In this document: positions 50,843 to 63,281 of the stretch, one piece after another
Layout: each line of letters starts with the position of its first letter
How positions within the stretch are numbered: position 1 is the first letter of the stretch
Assembly (NCBI RefSeq): GCF_963921235.1
Contig: NC_086108.1
Location: 19,344,001 to 19,408,000 of the forward strand
Direction: 5' to 3'
DNA: 64,000 nucleotides
DNA from: Mobula hypostoma
Taxonomy: Eukaryota
Program-made: the position numbers and the translations under genes
Notes under the pieces: generated by a model
Database searches by the model: none
The model's input: the letters and a program-made list of their open reading frames with translations, nothing else
Told to the model about the DNA's origin: nothing

Positions 50843-53114
50843 TGATCATAACATGATTGAGTTCACTGTGAAATTTGAAAAAGAGAAGCTGAAATCTGAT
50901 GTGTCGTTATTTCAGTGGAGTAATGGAAATTACAGTGGAATGAGAGAGGAACTGGCCAAAGTTGACTGGAAAGGGACACTGGCGGGAAAGACGGCAGAGC
51001 AGCAGTGGCTGGAGTTTATGCGAGAAGTGAGGAAGGTGCAAGACAGATATATTCCAAAAAAGAAGAAATTTTCGAATGGAAAAAGGATGCAACCGTGGTT
51101 GACAAGTCAAAGTCAAAGATAAAGCAAAGGAGAGGGCATACAAGGAAGCAAAAATTAGTGGGAAGACAGAGGATTGGGAAGTTTTTAAAACCTTACAAAA
51201 GGAAACTAAGAAGGTCATTAAGAGGGAAAAGATCAACTATGAAAGGAAGCTGGCAAATAATATCAAAGAGGATACTAAAAGCTTTTTCAAGCTATAAAGA
51301 GTAAACGACAGGTGAGAGTAGATATAGGACTGATAGAAAATGATGCTAGAGAAATTGTAATGGGAGATAAGGAGATGGCAGAGGAACTGAATGAGTATTT
51401 TGCATCGGTCTTCACTGAGCAAGACATCAGCAGTATACCGGACACTCAAGGGTGGCGGGGAAGAGAAGCGTGCACAGTCACAATTATAACAGAGAAAGTA
51501 CTCAGGAAGCTGAATAGTCTAAGAATAGATAAGTCTCCTGGACCAGATGGAATGCACACGCATGTTCTGAAGGAAGTAGCTGTGGAGATTGCGGAGGCAT
51601 TCGTGATGATCTTTCAAAAGTCGATAGATTCTGGAATGGTTCCATAGGACTGGAAGATTGCAAATGTCACTCCGCTATTTAAGAAGGGGGCAAGGAAGCA
51701 AAAAGGAAATTATAGACCTGCTGGCTTGACATTGGTGGTTGGGAAGTTGTTGGAGTCGATTGTCAAGGATGAGGTTACAGAGTACCTGGAGGTATATGAC
51801 AAGATAGGCAGAACTCAGCATGGATTTCTTAAAGGAAAATCCTATTACAAACCTATTACAATTTTTTGAGGAAATTACCAGTAGGCTAGACAAGGGAGAT
51901 GCAGTGGATGTTGTATATTTGGATTTTCAGAAGGCCTTTGACAAGGTGCCACACATGAGGCTACTTAACAAGATAAGAGCCCATGGAATTACGGGAAAGT
52001 TACATACATGAATAGAGCATTGGCTGATTGGCAGGAAACAGAGAGTGGGAATAAAGGGATCCTATTCTGGTTGGCTGCCGGTTACCAGTGGTGTTCCACA
52101 GAGGTCCGTGTTGGGGCCGCTTCTTTTTACATTGTACATCAACGATTTGGATTATGGAATAGATGGCTTTGTAGCTAAGTTTGCTGATGATACGAAGATA
52201 AGTGGAGGGGCCAGCAGTGCTGAGGAAATGGACAGTCTGCAGAGAGACTTGGATAGATTGGAAGAATGGGCAAAGAAGTGGCAAATGAAATACAATGTTG
52301 GAAAGTGTATGGTTATGCACTTTGGCAGAAGAAATAAAAGGGCAGACTATTATTTAAATGGAGAAAGAATTCAAAGTTCTGAGATGCAACGGGACTTGGG
52401 AGTCCTCGTACAGGATACCCTTAAGGTTAACCTCCAGGTTGAGTTGGTAGTGAAGAAGGCAAATGCAATGTTGGCATTCATTTCTAGAGGAATAGAGTAT
52501 AGGAGCAGGGATGTGATGTTGAGGCTCTATAAGGCGCTGGTGAGACCTCACTTGGAGTACTGTAGGCAGTTTTGGTCTCCTTATATAAGAAAGGATGTGC
52601 TGACGTTGGAGAAGGTACAGAGAAGATTCACTAGAATGATTCCGGGAATGAGAGGGTTAACATATGAAGAACATTTGTTTGCTCTTGGACTGTATTCCTT
52701 GGCGTTTAGAAGAATGAGGGGAGACCTCATAGAAACATTTCGAATGTTGAAAGGCATGGACAGAGTGGATGTGGCAAAGTTGTTTCCCATGATGGGGGAG
52801 TCTAGTACGAGAAGGCATGACTTAAGGATTGAAGGGTGCCCATTCAGAACAGAAATGCGAAAAAATTTTTTTAGTCAGAGGGTGGTGAATCTATGGAATT
52901 TGTTGCCACGGGCAGCAGTGGAGGCCGAGTCATTGGGTGTATTTAAAGCAGAGATTGATAGGTATCTGAGTAGCCAGGGCATCAAAAGTTATGGTGAGAA
53001 GGCGGGGAAGTGGGACTAAATGGGAGAATGGATCAGCTCATGATAAAATGGCAGAGCAGACTCGATGGGCCGAATGGCCGACTTCTGCCCCTTTGTCTTA
53101 TGGTCTTATGGTCT
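50843..53114 (+). mobile_element. Younger CR1 LINE, 5'-truncated
   Basis: ORF 52045-53019 (324 aa: SGVPQ, YINDLD, KFADDTK), tail (TCTTATGG)n, and CTAA on both flanks. Confidence 0.95.
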
Positions 53115-54904
53115 AAAAGCTCATGCATACAAAGTCGCCAAGAGTAGTGGGAGACAAAGATTGGGAAAACTTTATAAAAGCAACAAAGACCACTAAGCAT
53201 GCAATAAAGAAAGGGAAGCCAGATTATGAAAATAAACTAGCACAAAATATAAAAATGGATAGTAAAAGTTTTTATAATTTTATAAAGCGGAAAAGGGTGG
53301 CCAAAGAGAACGTAGGTCCCTTGGAGGAAGAAGGTGGAATTGATATTGGGTAATGAGGAAATGGTTGAGGCTTTGAATGATGATTTTGTGTCAGTCTTCA
53401 CGGCGGAGGCCACATCTAGCATGTCAAACAGAGATTATATGGATGCAATGGGAAGTGAGGACCTCGATACAACAGCTATCACTAAAGAGGTAGTGCTGAG
53501 TAAACTTGTGGGCCTGAAGATAGTCAAGTCTCCTGGTCCTGATGGAATGCATCCCAGGGTACTGAAAGAAATGGCAAAAGTTATAGTTGAGGCTTTGGTG
53601 ATCATTTACCAAAATTCTCTCAACCCTTGGCAGGTCTCAGCTGATCGGAAGACAGGAAGTGTCACGCCACTGTTCAAAAAAGAATGTAGGCAAAAGCAGG
53701 TAACTATAGGCCAATTAATTTAACATCTGTAGTTGGGAAAATGCTTGAAGCTATCATTAAAGAAATAGCGAGGCTCCTGGAAAGAAATGGATCCATCGGG
53801 CAGACACAGCATAGATTCAACAAAGGCAGGTCCTGTTTGACAAACTTACTGGAGTTCTTTGAGGATATAACGAGCGCAGTGGATAGAGGGGAACAGATGG
53901 ACTTAATTTACTTGAATTTCCAGAAGGCATTCGATAAAGTGTCACATAAAAGACTTACACAGTATCTGTAAGCTAAGGATGCATAGATTTGGGGATGATA
54001 TATTAGGATGGATAGAGAATTGTTTAGTTAATAGAAAGCGAAGAGTTGGGATACATGGGTGCTACTCTAATTGGCATTCAGTATGCCACAGGGGTCAGTG
54101 CTGGGCCCACAACTGTTCACGGCATACATTATTGATCTGGAAGAAGGGACCGAATGTAGTGCATCCAAGTTTGTTGATGACACTAAATAAAGTGGAAAGG
54201 TAAATTGTGCAGAAGATACAGAGAGTTTGCAGAGAGATATAGATAGGTTAAGTGAGTGGGCAAGGGTCCGGCAGATAGCGTACTGTACAATATTGGTAAA
54301 TGCGAGCTCTTCCACTTTGGAAGGAAAAATGAAAGAGCAGATGATTATTTATAGCAAAAAATAGCAGCATGCTGCTGTGCAAAAGGACTTGGGAGTGTTT
54401 GTTTATGAATCACAAAAGGTTGGTTTGCAGGTGCAGCAAGCTATCATGAAGGTAAATGGAATGTTGGCCTTCATTCCTAGAGGGATTGAATTTAAGAGCA
54501 GGGAGGTTATGCTGCAACTGTACAGTGTACTGGTGAGGCCACACCTGCGTGCAGTTCTGGTCTCCTTACTTGAGGAAGGATGTACTAGCTTTGGCGACAA
54601 TGCAGAGGAAGTCCTCCAGGTTGATTTCATAGATAAGGGGGTTAGACTATGAGGAGAGATCGAGTTGCCTAGGACTGTACTCGCTGGAATTCAGAAGAAT
54701 GAGGAGATCTGATAGAAACATATTAAAAGGATAGATAAGATACAGGTAGGAAAGTTGTTTCCACTGGTACGTGAGACTAGAACTAGGGGACATAGCCTCA
54801 AGATTAGGACAGAGATGAGGAGGAACTGCTTTTCCCAAAGAGTGGTTATCCTGTGGAATTTTCTGCCTAATGAAGCAGTGGAGGCTACCTCAGTAAAAAT
54901 TTAA

Positions 54905-55140
54905 TAATATTTTTCTTTTTTTTTCTTTTACAAAAAAGGTTTATACAGTGCAAAACAAACATATCAAATGTACAGTTCATAACAGTTAAGGAAAAGCACC
55001 CATAGTAGAATCGTATAAAGTTAGTTACCACCCCACCCTCCCACTACCCAACTCCAAGCCAACCTTACGATATATAGAAAAGTTAATCAGAACTTTTATC
55101 ACCACAGAGCTGTATTTATAAAAAGGAGGTATATTGCCGA
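54905..55140 (-). mobile_element. Poly(A)-tailed retroposon 3' end (L1-like UTR) inserted in CR1
   Basis: T-rich tract at 54910-54930, G-rich UTR on the minus strand, and a CAGTAAA(A/T)AT duplication on the flanks. Confidence 0.55.
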
Positions 55141-55562
55141 CTACAGTAAATATATTTAAGACAAGGTTGGATAGATTTTTGCATAGTAAGGGAATTGAAG
55201 GTTGTAGGGAAACGCAGGTTGGTGGAGATGAGTCCATGGCCAGATCAGCCATAAACATAGAATGGCGCAGTGGGCTTGATGGGGCAGATGGCCTACTGCT
55301 GCTCTCATTTCTTACGCAAGGAATTGGCCACATTCAAACCCGTGACCACTCACCTTGAGTCTAGTGCAGACACCACTGCACCACTGGCCGGCTAGTTTTA
55401 AGTATATAACTCAAACCTAATGTCTTTGGGAAGATGGTGGTGAACTAGCTTTTTGAACTATTGCAGTGTTTCTGGTGAAACTACTCTAATAGATATGTGA
55501 AGGCACTCCAAGATGTTTGGCTTCGTGTCAATGGAACAATTCTGCAGATGGTGAAAACCTTG

Positions 55563-55664
55563 TGCAGCACACATAAAATGCTAGAAGAATTCAGCAAGTT
55601 AGGTAGCAACTATGGAGGGAAATAAACAGCTGATGTTTCAGGTCAAGAGCCTTCTTCAGGACTG
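55563..55664 (-). mobile_element. Short Penelope 3' end with hammerhead core (55627-55664)
   Basis: Minus strand reads CAGTC-CTGAAGA-AGG-ctcttga-CCT-GAAA-CATC-AGCTG. The core is intact and stem I is weakened. Confidence 0.65.
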
Positions 55665-56600
55665 CTCTCTCTTTTACCTGTTCCAACGAAGAAGTGTTTC
55701 AGTTCACTCCACATATCCTTCTAGGTAATAGCAGATAATTTAGATGGATCTCCAAAAATAAAAGGACACATTAGAACGCCTCAGAAATTCACCTCACCTC
55801 CTCTTCTCAGGCAAATGTCTCAAAAGAATCTCAAGTGCAAACAGTAGACTGTTGACAGATGGGCGGATTTGTAAATACTTAATCTCAAGCTCACAGCAAG
55901 CAAAGCGGCAATCTGTTTTCAACATATGAATCAAGGGAATTGGAGGTCCCTCACCAAAAACCAGAAGCACGGCGATTAAACAGATAATGATAACACATTA
56001 AAATACAGTTTTGAATTGCACCTTTGGAAAGAATGTTATTTTATTTGACTAGCACTCCAATTCTCTTTGTATCAACTCCAGGAGAATACAAGGATTAGAC
56101 CTCCACCATTCAAGTTAGCTTGCACTTTGAATATGGGTGAATGCATGTTCTTGTACTTGTTCCATTATTGTCACTCACCAACCTACTGCATCCTACTACA
56201 GCACATTATGAATAAAATTTACCTACAAAGCTGATATTTTGTCCCTTCTCAGTTCAGGGAGTGCCACCAGGCAGCAGAAAACATTACATTTTAAAAAGAA
56301 AACTGAAAGCCATGTTAGAAAGCCCTTGCGCAAATATAATGATCCAATTACTTTGGCAAGTCCCAATCCAAACAAACTAATAACAAAATTTATGAAATAT
56401 TAATTGTTCATGAACTGATAATGTTTTGATCCCATTCCAGTATTCGCTTGGCAAATCCCAGAGATCTATTATGTATATTCTTCAACCTAATTATGTCAGT
56501 CATATTTTCTTGCTATTCTGTGATTGCATTTTTGACTGCTTGTGGGTGAAGAGCAAGAGGATCAGGTAGTGCCTCAGCAAAATTAGCTACAATCAAGCTG

Positions 56601-56706
56601 AGCAACACACATAAAATGCTGGAGGAAGTCAGCAGGGCAGGCAGCATCTATGGGAAAGAGTATAGTCGATGTTTTGGGCCGAAACCCCTCAACAAGATTG
56701 TTTGTT
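56601..56706 (-). mobile_element. 106-bp Penelope mini-insertion
   Basis: 13-bp TSD TACAATCAAGCTG at 56588-56600 and 56707-56719. It contains a degenerate hammerhead and the family 3' end. Confidence 0.85.
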
Positions 56707-58139
56707 TACAATCAAGCTGCCAGACTTTCATTATGAGGTCTTACATTAGGTGTCTATGATGACAAAATACCCAAGGTAGTTTACCATCATCAAGACTTAG
56801 GTCAAGCACAATGGCTTTGGAAAGAGTGAGGAAGTCCAAAAGCCAATCAAGATATTGCAAGCTTGTGATTTTGTCACAAGCCTCTTCACAAATATATTCC
56901 TCACTACCACCTGTTCTGAATTTGAAGTACAAACTGTGGAAAATGGATTGACCACATGTTAATTCATTTACTCGGTCTAAAGTACAAGCAATACATAGTT
57001 ACCTACTCTGAAAATGCTATATTGAAATGGTAGCTTTAGTGGAAGAGTTTATGCTGCTGTAAATGCTTGAAAGAAAATGTATCTTAAGGTAGTATATGGT
57101 GACATATACATACTGCCATAATTAATTCGCTTTGACTTTTTAAAGATCTATTCAACAGGCCAAAGAGAAGGAATTGAGTTGTAACACACCTTAATTATTT
57201 AATGCAAAAAGCTGCACAAATTTGTCTGTTTTAAGAATGGAAACCCAATCTTCACACAGAGTATTAAATAGCACATGGCACCAAAAGTGTCCATGTAATC
57301 TCCACCATCAACTAGGTAGTCCAGAATAGCAGTTCAAAGTCAGGGTTGCTTCTGAGTGCAACACTGGTATCTTCAGCATGGGTCCTATGCCTGGAAAGCT
57401 GATTGCCCACCCAATCATTGCTGCTCCAGCCTCAAAGGAGCATGACCTTGACTGACTCTCTGACATTGTTTGCTAGTAGAGAAATTCAGCAGCTGTACAC
57501 TATAGACATCTGTCAATTTAAGACAGAGATGGGGTGTTTAAACTCATTCCATACTCTTCCAGCTGTTAAGACAATAGAGATTTTCATTCCAAACAAATGG
57601 AGTTTAAATCCAAATCAGAAAGAAGATAAAGTTCCAACATATTAAGCTCTCTCTCATCTCCCTTTATTCAAGACTAAGTCATTTTTTCCAATTAATAGAG
57701 TCACAAATGTCTGTACTTCTTTACAAATCAGCACTTGCAATTCAAATGTCAGGGGTTTTAGCATTGGTGATGCGGATTTCAAATGTGTTTCTTAAATTAT
57801 TTCAGTGAAGAATTCCATGAACTGTTTCTTTGTTAATGGTGCCAACCATGTGGGAATTTGGAGAGGTTGAATCAACTTCACCACAAAAAAATGTAAAAGA
57901 CCAGAGGGAAAACAGTTTGTCGTGCTTGAGAAAGCCACACTGACCCAAAACCCCACCCACTCTTCTCAAACATTTTTTAAAACAGTGAACTGTACTTAAT
58001 ACGAAACAGACCACTTGTTGTTTATTGTTCTACTCAGTGGAGGATACTGACAACTAGTTAACGATGCACAAAAATAAACTGTCAAATCTTACCTACAATC
58101 ATTGCATTGAAATTACAAGAATTTGTACTTATGTTTCAC

Positions 58140-58353
58140 AAACATGAGAAAATCTGCAAATGCTAGAAATCCAAAGGAACATACACAAAGTGCTGGATGG
58201 ATTCAGCAGGCCAGGCAGCATCTATGGAAAAGAGTAAACAGTCTTTCAGGTCAAGAGCCTTCACCAAGTCTCGGCCCGAAACCCGTTGACTGTTTACTCT
58301 TTTCCACAGATGCTGCCTGGCCTGCTGAGTTCCTCCAGCACTTTGTGTGGGTT
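58140..58353. mobile_element. Palindromic Penelope-derived mini element
   Basis: The arms 58183-58242 and about 58287-58348 are reverse complements, and the junction lies within the hammerhead. Confidence 0.8.
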
Positions 58354-58639
58354 GTACTTATGTTTGTTTGCTTCTCATCCACAAGCATCTTCATCATGCT
58401 CACTGAACCTTCAATATTCATATCTACCTTCATTTGTACTACTTAGGGGTAGAAGCTGGCTTGAATATTCCCCTGATTATAAAATGAACAACATCTCCCT
58501 CAGGTAGTCTATCAGAGTCAAGGGTGACAAGATCTTTGGTCCTTATGGGGACAATGTGGACATGGAAGGGGCTCCAAGACTGCCTACAGGTGAGGCAAGA
58601 GGTAATCTACAGAGTACTACTCCTACCATTTGCAGTAGA

Positions 58640-58950
58640 AGTTTATAAAATCATGAGGGGCATAGACAGCGGCTAGCATCACAGGATAGGAATCTAAAGT
58701 TAGACAGCATAGGTTTAAGGTGAGAGGGGAAAAGATTTAAAAGGGGACCTAAGAGGGCATCTTTCTCACCCCCTTCCAAAGATCTGGAAGTGGTAAAGAT
58801 GGGTACAGTAACAATGTTTAACAGGCATTTCAAAATATACATAGGCAGGAACAATTTAGAATATGGACCAAATGCAGGCAAATGAGTTCAAGAAGCTAAT
58901 TGGTCAACATGGATGAGACAGGCCGAAAGGCCTTTTCTTCCCCCCCCCCC
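58640..58950 (+). mobile_element. CR1 3' end, degraded
   Basis: VEVYKIMRGID...HRFKVRGKRFK remnant and GGCCGAAAGGCC terminus. Confidence 0.65.
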
Positions 58951-59756
58951 CCCCGTGCAGTATAACTATGACATGAGAATTTCTTGTTCTTGACTGTTAT
59001 ATTTAAAGCAGTCAGGGCCAAATCCAACATTCAGTCTGTTTTGACATATCATGGGCCAGTATTCCTTTACATGTGTAGAAATGTATATTTTTCCAAAGAA
59101 AGTTTAAGAATAATTTTCATGGAGCCAAGGAACACTTTCTCCTCTGTCCACCTGAAATCTTAGACACAAGCTATATAGCCTGCCAATCAAGGGCCTCTGA
59201 TTGTAAATACAATTTTATGCCGAGGATGATGGTTTGGGAGAGGACACTGATATTGGTTCAGTGTCTCACCAGTGGATTTCAAAGATTTTGCAGAGATAGC
59301 ACTGGTCATTTCTCTCTAGTACTTGATATGCCTGCCTTAAATTCCTGTCTCAGGAGCACACCGGATCGGTAGAGTCTGGAGGCCAGGAGCAATGTGGCAG
59401 TTTGACATCTGATTGCAAGGAAAGTAGCAAGCAAATTAGACAACTGTTGTTACTTTATCTAATGTCATTAAAAACATTTAACATTTCTGACAGATTAGTT
59501 TTTTTTGATTCTGCAGTAGATTATGAGATGGAGATGTTTGTCCTGTCCCAGGATATCAATAATACTGACACAGTACTCCTGCTCCCATTCGCAAAATGGG
59601 TCCGATTAGGATCGTACAATAAGGACATTAAGGATGAGGTATCTTCCATACCGGGTGGGCGGAGGGGGGAAAGAGAGACATCAGCCCTCACCATCCAGGT
59701 TTGCACATGAAAATACCACCTTGCCAGGTAGCAACAAAGGACAGGAAACGGGTTTG

Positions 59757-60262
59757 TTTCAAGCAACACACATAAAAGTTGCTGGTGAACGCAGCAGGCC
59801 AGGCAGCATCTCTAGGAAGAGGTACAGTCGACGTTTCAGGCCGAGACCCTTCGCCAGGACTAACTGAAGGAAGAGCTAGTAAGAGATTTGAAAGTGGTGG
59901 GGGGGGGGGAGATCCGAAATGATAGGAGAAGACAGGAAGGGGAGGGATGGAGCCAAGAGCTGGACAGTTGATTGGCAAAAGGGATATGAGAGGATCATAG
60001 GACAGGAGGCCGAGGGAGAAAGAAAAGGGGGAGACAGAGAAACCCCAGAGGATGGGCAGGGGTATAGTGAGAGGGACAGAGGGAGAAAAAGGAGAGAGAA
60101 AATCTCTTACTAGTTCTTTCAGTTAGTCCTGATGAAGGGTCTCGGCCCGAAACATCGACTACACCTCTTCCTACAGATGCTGCCTGGCCTGCTGCGTTCA
60201 CCAGCAACTTTCATGTGTGTTGCTTGAAATTCCAGCATCTGCAGATTTCCTCGTGTTTGCAT
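59757..60262. mobile_element. About 500-bp non-coding Penelope derivative with inverted ends and two hammerheads
   Basis: Minus arm 59757-60100 and plus arm 60101-60260 with tail. AAACGGGTTT is duplicated at 59746-55 and 60269-78. Confidence 0.88.
60124..60161 (+). ncRNA. Minimal hammerhead ribozyme (intact core, AUC triplet)
   Basis: TAGTC-CTGATGA-a-GGG-tctcgg-CCC-GAAA-CATC-GACTA. Confidence 0.75.
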
Positions 60263-60279
60263 TTTTAAAAACGGGTTTT

Positions 60280-60500
60280 TGTGGACGATCATTGTCTTTC
60301 CATGATCACGACTGTATCTGGCAAATTTTTCTACAGAAGTGGTTTGCCATTGCCTTATGCTGGGCAGTGTCTTTTCAAGACGGGTGATGTGAGCCATTTT
60401 CAATGCTCTTCAGAGATTGTCTGCCTGGCGCCAGTCGCATAACCAGGACTTGCAATGTGCACCAGCCACTCATACGACCATCCCATGGTTTTGCATGAGC
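60280..60500 (-). mobile_element. SINE or RTE-related 3' fragment
   Basis: The minus strand carries GGCAATGGCAAACCACTTC, the RTE/Bov-type 3' hallmark. Confidence 0.55.
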
Positions 60501-60967
60501 CCTACTGGAGCCCTCTTTTGGAGTAAGTGTATCTCCACCTGACCACCATAGTTTACTGAATCATTAAAGATAAACATCCAGAAAAAGTGAAGAGAGCAAA
60601 ACCATATAGTGCCAAATAATATTTAGTCCAAACTGTTGAAAGGTGGCACACTGGGCAGAATTCTCTTCCGTCTTTGGTGACCAGAAGGTCCCACTTTACT
60701 ATCTGTTTACAGCTTTATATAACTACAGCATACTGAAACTTACAATGATAACAATGGCTTTGACTGAAATTATCAAACAAAAGGATTATAAAGAAAACAA
60801 ACTGATTTCTACAATAATTTCTACAATTGATTTGTTTTTGAGGCCTGATTGCATGGGTACCCATTAAAATTTAAGGAAATAGCAGCATGCAATAATGGGA
60901 AAGGCTTTAAGACCAAAGAAATATTGTGTCTAGAAAGTCCAAGGCCAAATGAAAGATGACCACTTAC

Positions 60968-61019
60968 CTTGTCACTAAGAAAGCTGGATCAGTTACAACT
61001 TCTGGTCCAATTCGTATAT
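60968..61019 (-). CDS. Candidate 52-nt internal exon of an unidentified host gene
   Basis: CAG acceptor (weak pyrimidine tract) and strong donor AAG|GTAAGTG. The open frame gives (x)IRIGPEVVTDPAFLVT(R/S); the other two frames contain stops. The sequence is not recognisably repetitive. Confidence 0.55.
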
Positions 61020-61075
61020 CTGATATGGCGAGTTATGGAAGCTTCATATTTGCATTTCAAAACTGTACAATAGTT

Positions 61076-61317
61076 GGTGTGTATTTAATATTCCAGTAAT
61101 ATTACAATTATATTCTTAGATTAAGCATTGTTTATTTAAATAATTTATTACAGGTTATATGCAAAAATAAGTGAACTGCATACATCATGACCACACCACA
61201 TGGTATGTGCACGCCTCACTGAGTAAAACATGAAGTTAGACTCACATTCTAGACTCTCGTTTCCCCCCACCCCCAAAGTAGTTTTTAAATTTTGTTTTAG
61301 AGTTACAAAACAGAACA
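61076..61317 (+). mobile_element. Probable short solo LTR
   Basis: TG...CA-bounded AT-rich unit (TGGTGTGTATTTAATATT...GTTACAAAACAGAACA) with AGTAAA. No clear TSD. Confidence 0.4.
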
Positions 61318-62974
61318 ACAAACTATCATGTTGTCCTGACTTAGCTTGTGCAGCTTCGCATCTGGTACAGTTTTATTTAATTATTCCTCTGGTTCACGAC
61401 TTCAGTATTTGTTTACTGAAAGGAAAACAATAACAATCCCTGAAACAGATCAAAATTCTAAAACATGATACAAAAGAAACAACTTTGATTTGACTAGGTA
61501 ACAAATTATTATTTCGCAACTTAACCATACTATTCCACACATCTGAGCTAAATGATAAAGCACAGGAGCATCTCAAGACTGATTTTTTTACCCCTGAAAA
61601 AGGAGATGCATTGTGTGATTGATTGGTCCCACAAGTAACTTAGCAAATTAGGATTACAATTGCATCTCCAGTTCAAAGAATCTTATCTTCTATTTTGAAC
61701 TGTACCCATTACTTATTAACTTCTCAGACAGTCTCTTGGGGTTGAGGATGCCTTTCTTCCATTCCCGCTTGGAGAGTGGAAGATGCCTCTGCACAAGAGT
61801 TCATCGTATACATGTGGACCACCACACAGTTCTGATAGTGAGATATTGCTCCATGGGCAACATCCATAACCAGGCTCTGGGTACAGACTTTACATGACCC
61901 ACGTACTTAGTCACACATAATTGTATGGTTACGCACAGATAGACAGTGACACCCATCCACAATGACCCAGCATTGAAAAAGTTTAATCACAATGGATAAA
62001 ACAGCATGTACCCAACAGTATTTATGTCTGGTAAATGGAATCTGAATTGTACTTTTTCTACTCACTTCTGTTACAAATAGGAGCAAAGACATGACTTCGG
62101 ACCACAATTTTCAGTTTGGTGATAAAATGATAGATATTGCAAGTTGTTCATTAGAAAACACACAATTTCCTTTCAGACAGTCCTTTAGCTTAACAATGAA
62201 TTAGATTCACTGCTGTATTCTGAGTTCTCAGATGGTAATAAGACTAATGTCAGAACTACATCACAATGGGGTAGGTCACATTGTAGGCAGTGCACTCCTT
62301 GTGCAGGGCAGCAGTGGCCTCACAATACACAGTCTTATGGTTCTTCAAGCCATGACAAAACCCTATCTTCAGTCAAGGGAGAGAAACTCCTGGGAGCCAC
62401 CAGCAATGTCACATTCTCAGGATGGCTTCACCTCCTCTGACTATTTACTGTGTCCCATACCCATTCCAGAAGAAAATCCAGACTGCATCAAGAATTCAAC
62501 AGCATTTTTGATTAAAAGTAACCCTCATTTTGACAAAGTTGTAAGATCGAAGACTGTTAATACTAACCAACAGTATTTAGTTAGTAGTATGCCAATTGCT
62601 TTGTTTTTACTGATTAAAAGCAAGCAGTATAAAGTCCTGTAGCAACAAAACTAGTCTTGGTTCAGTGAGAGGACGAGGAGTCAGTTTAACACTGTAACAG
62701 TACTGAATTGCTGAGAAACATTCTGGAGAAATTGTTGGTAATTGAACCCTTCAGACTCATCGCTCATCTCTTTACTTCAGCATTCCCACAGAAGTCAAAA
62801 ACATGCCTACTGCTGGATTTAAATGTAGCATCATTCAAGCTTTTGGCATCAGCCTCCTCTTTAGCCTCTGAAATTCAGAAGCAGCAATTCAGATTATCCT
62901 CGTTTTAAAGTCAAGTTATCTGCACACCAACATCTGCCTAAACACTGTGGCAGAGTTGTGAAAGAGGACATTTA

Positions 62975-63281
62975 TATAGGCATCTGTTAGTCTCGTGAGA
63001 CCATGGATTTGCGCCTTGGAAGGTTTCCAGGGCGCAGGCCTGGGCAAGGTTGTATGGAAGACCAGCAGTTACCCACGCTGCAAGTCTCCCCTCTCCACGC
63101 CACCGATGTTGTCCAAGGGAAGGGCATTAGGACCCATACAACTTGGCACCAGTGTCATTGCAGAGCAATGTGTGGTTAAGTGCCTTGCTCAAGGACCCAA
63201 CACGATACCTCAGCCAAGGCTCAAACTAGCGACCTTCAGATCACTAGATGAATGCCTTAACCACTTGGCCACACGCCAACA
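62975..63281 (-). mobile_element. tRNA-derived SINE
   Basis: A-box GTGGCCAAGTGG, B-box-like TAGTTTGAGCC, and a central TCCTTGAGCAAGGCACTTAACC motif. Confidence 0.75.

Larger units (their letters stand above)
49989..55314 (+). mobile_element. Older CR1 ORF2 (APE to 3' end), split by a younger CR1 and an L1-type tail
   Basis: APE motifs VAITEIWL, GVVYQPP, MGDFN, LDLVL and SDH (50252-50815). It resumes at 53115 with RT remnants and ends about 55314. Confidence 0.88.
49855..55392 (-). mobile_element. tRNA-SINE split in two (head 55315-55392, body 49855-49988)
   Basis: The head GCCGGCCAGTGGTGCAGTGG...GGGTTTGAATG has A/B-box-like motifs. The halves flank the CR1 block exactly. Confidence 0.6.

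Noticed and set aside
52045..53019. 324-aa intact RT ORF as an active or domesticated gene
   Set aside because: 3' part of a 5'-truncated CR1 with upstream stops and frameshifts.
56741..56933. Acceptor-like TTTTCCACAG followed by a 63-aa open frame on the minus strand
   Set aside because: Peptide not recognisable, donors weak, and it is compatible with chance.
62232..62870. 136-aa plus ORF, and a minus-strand acceptor followed by EAKEEADAKSL...
   Set aside because: No domain or good donor; insufficient support for coding status.
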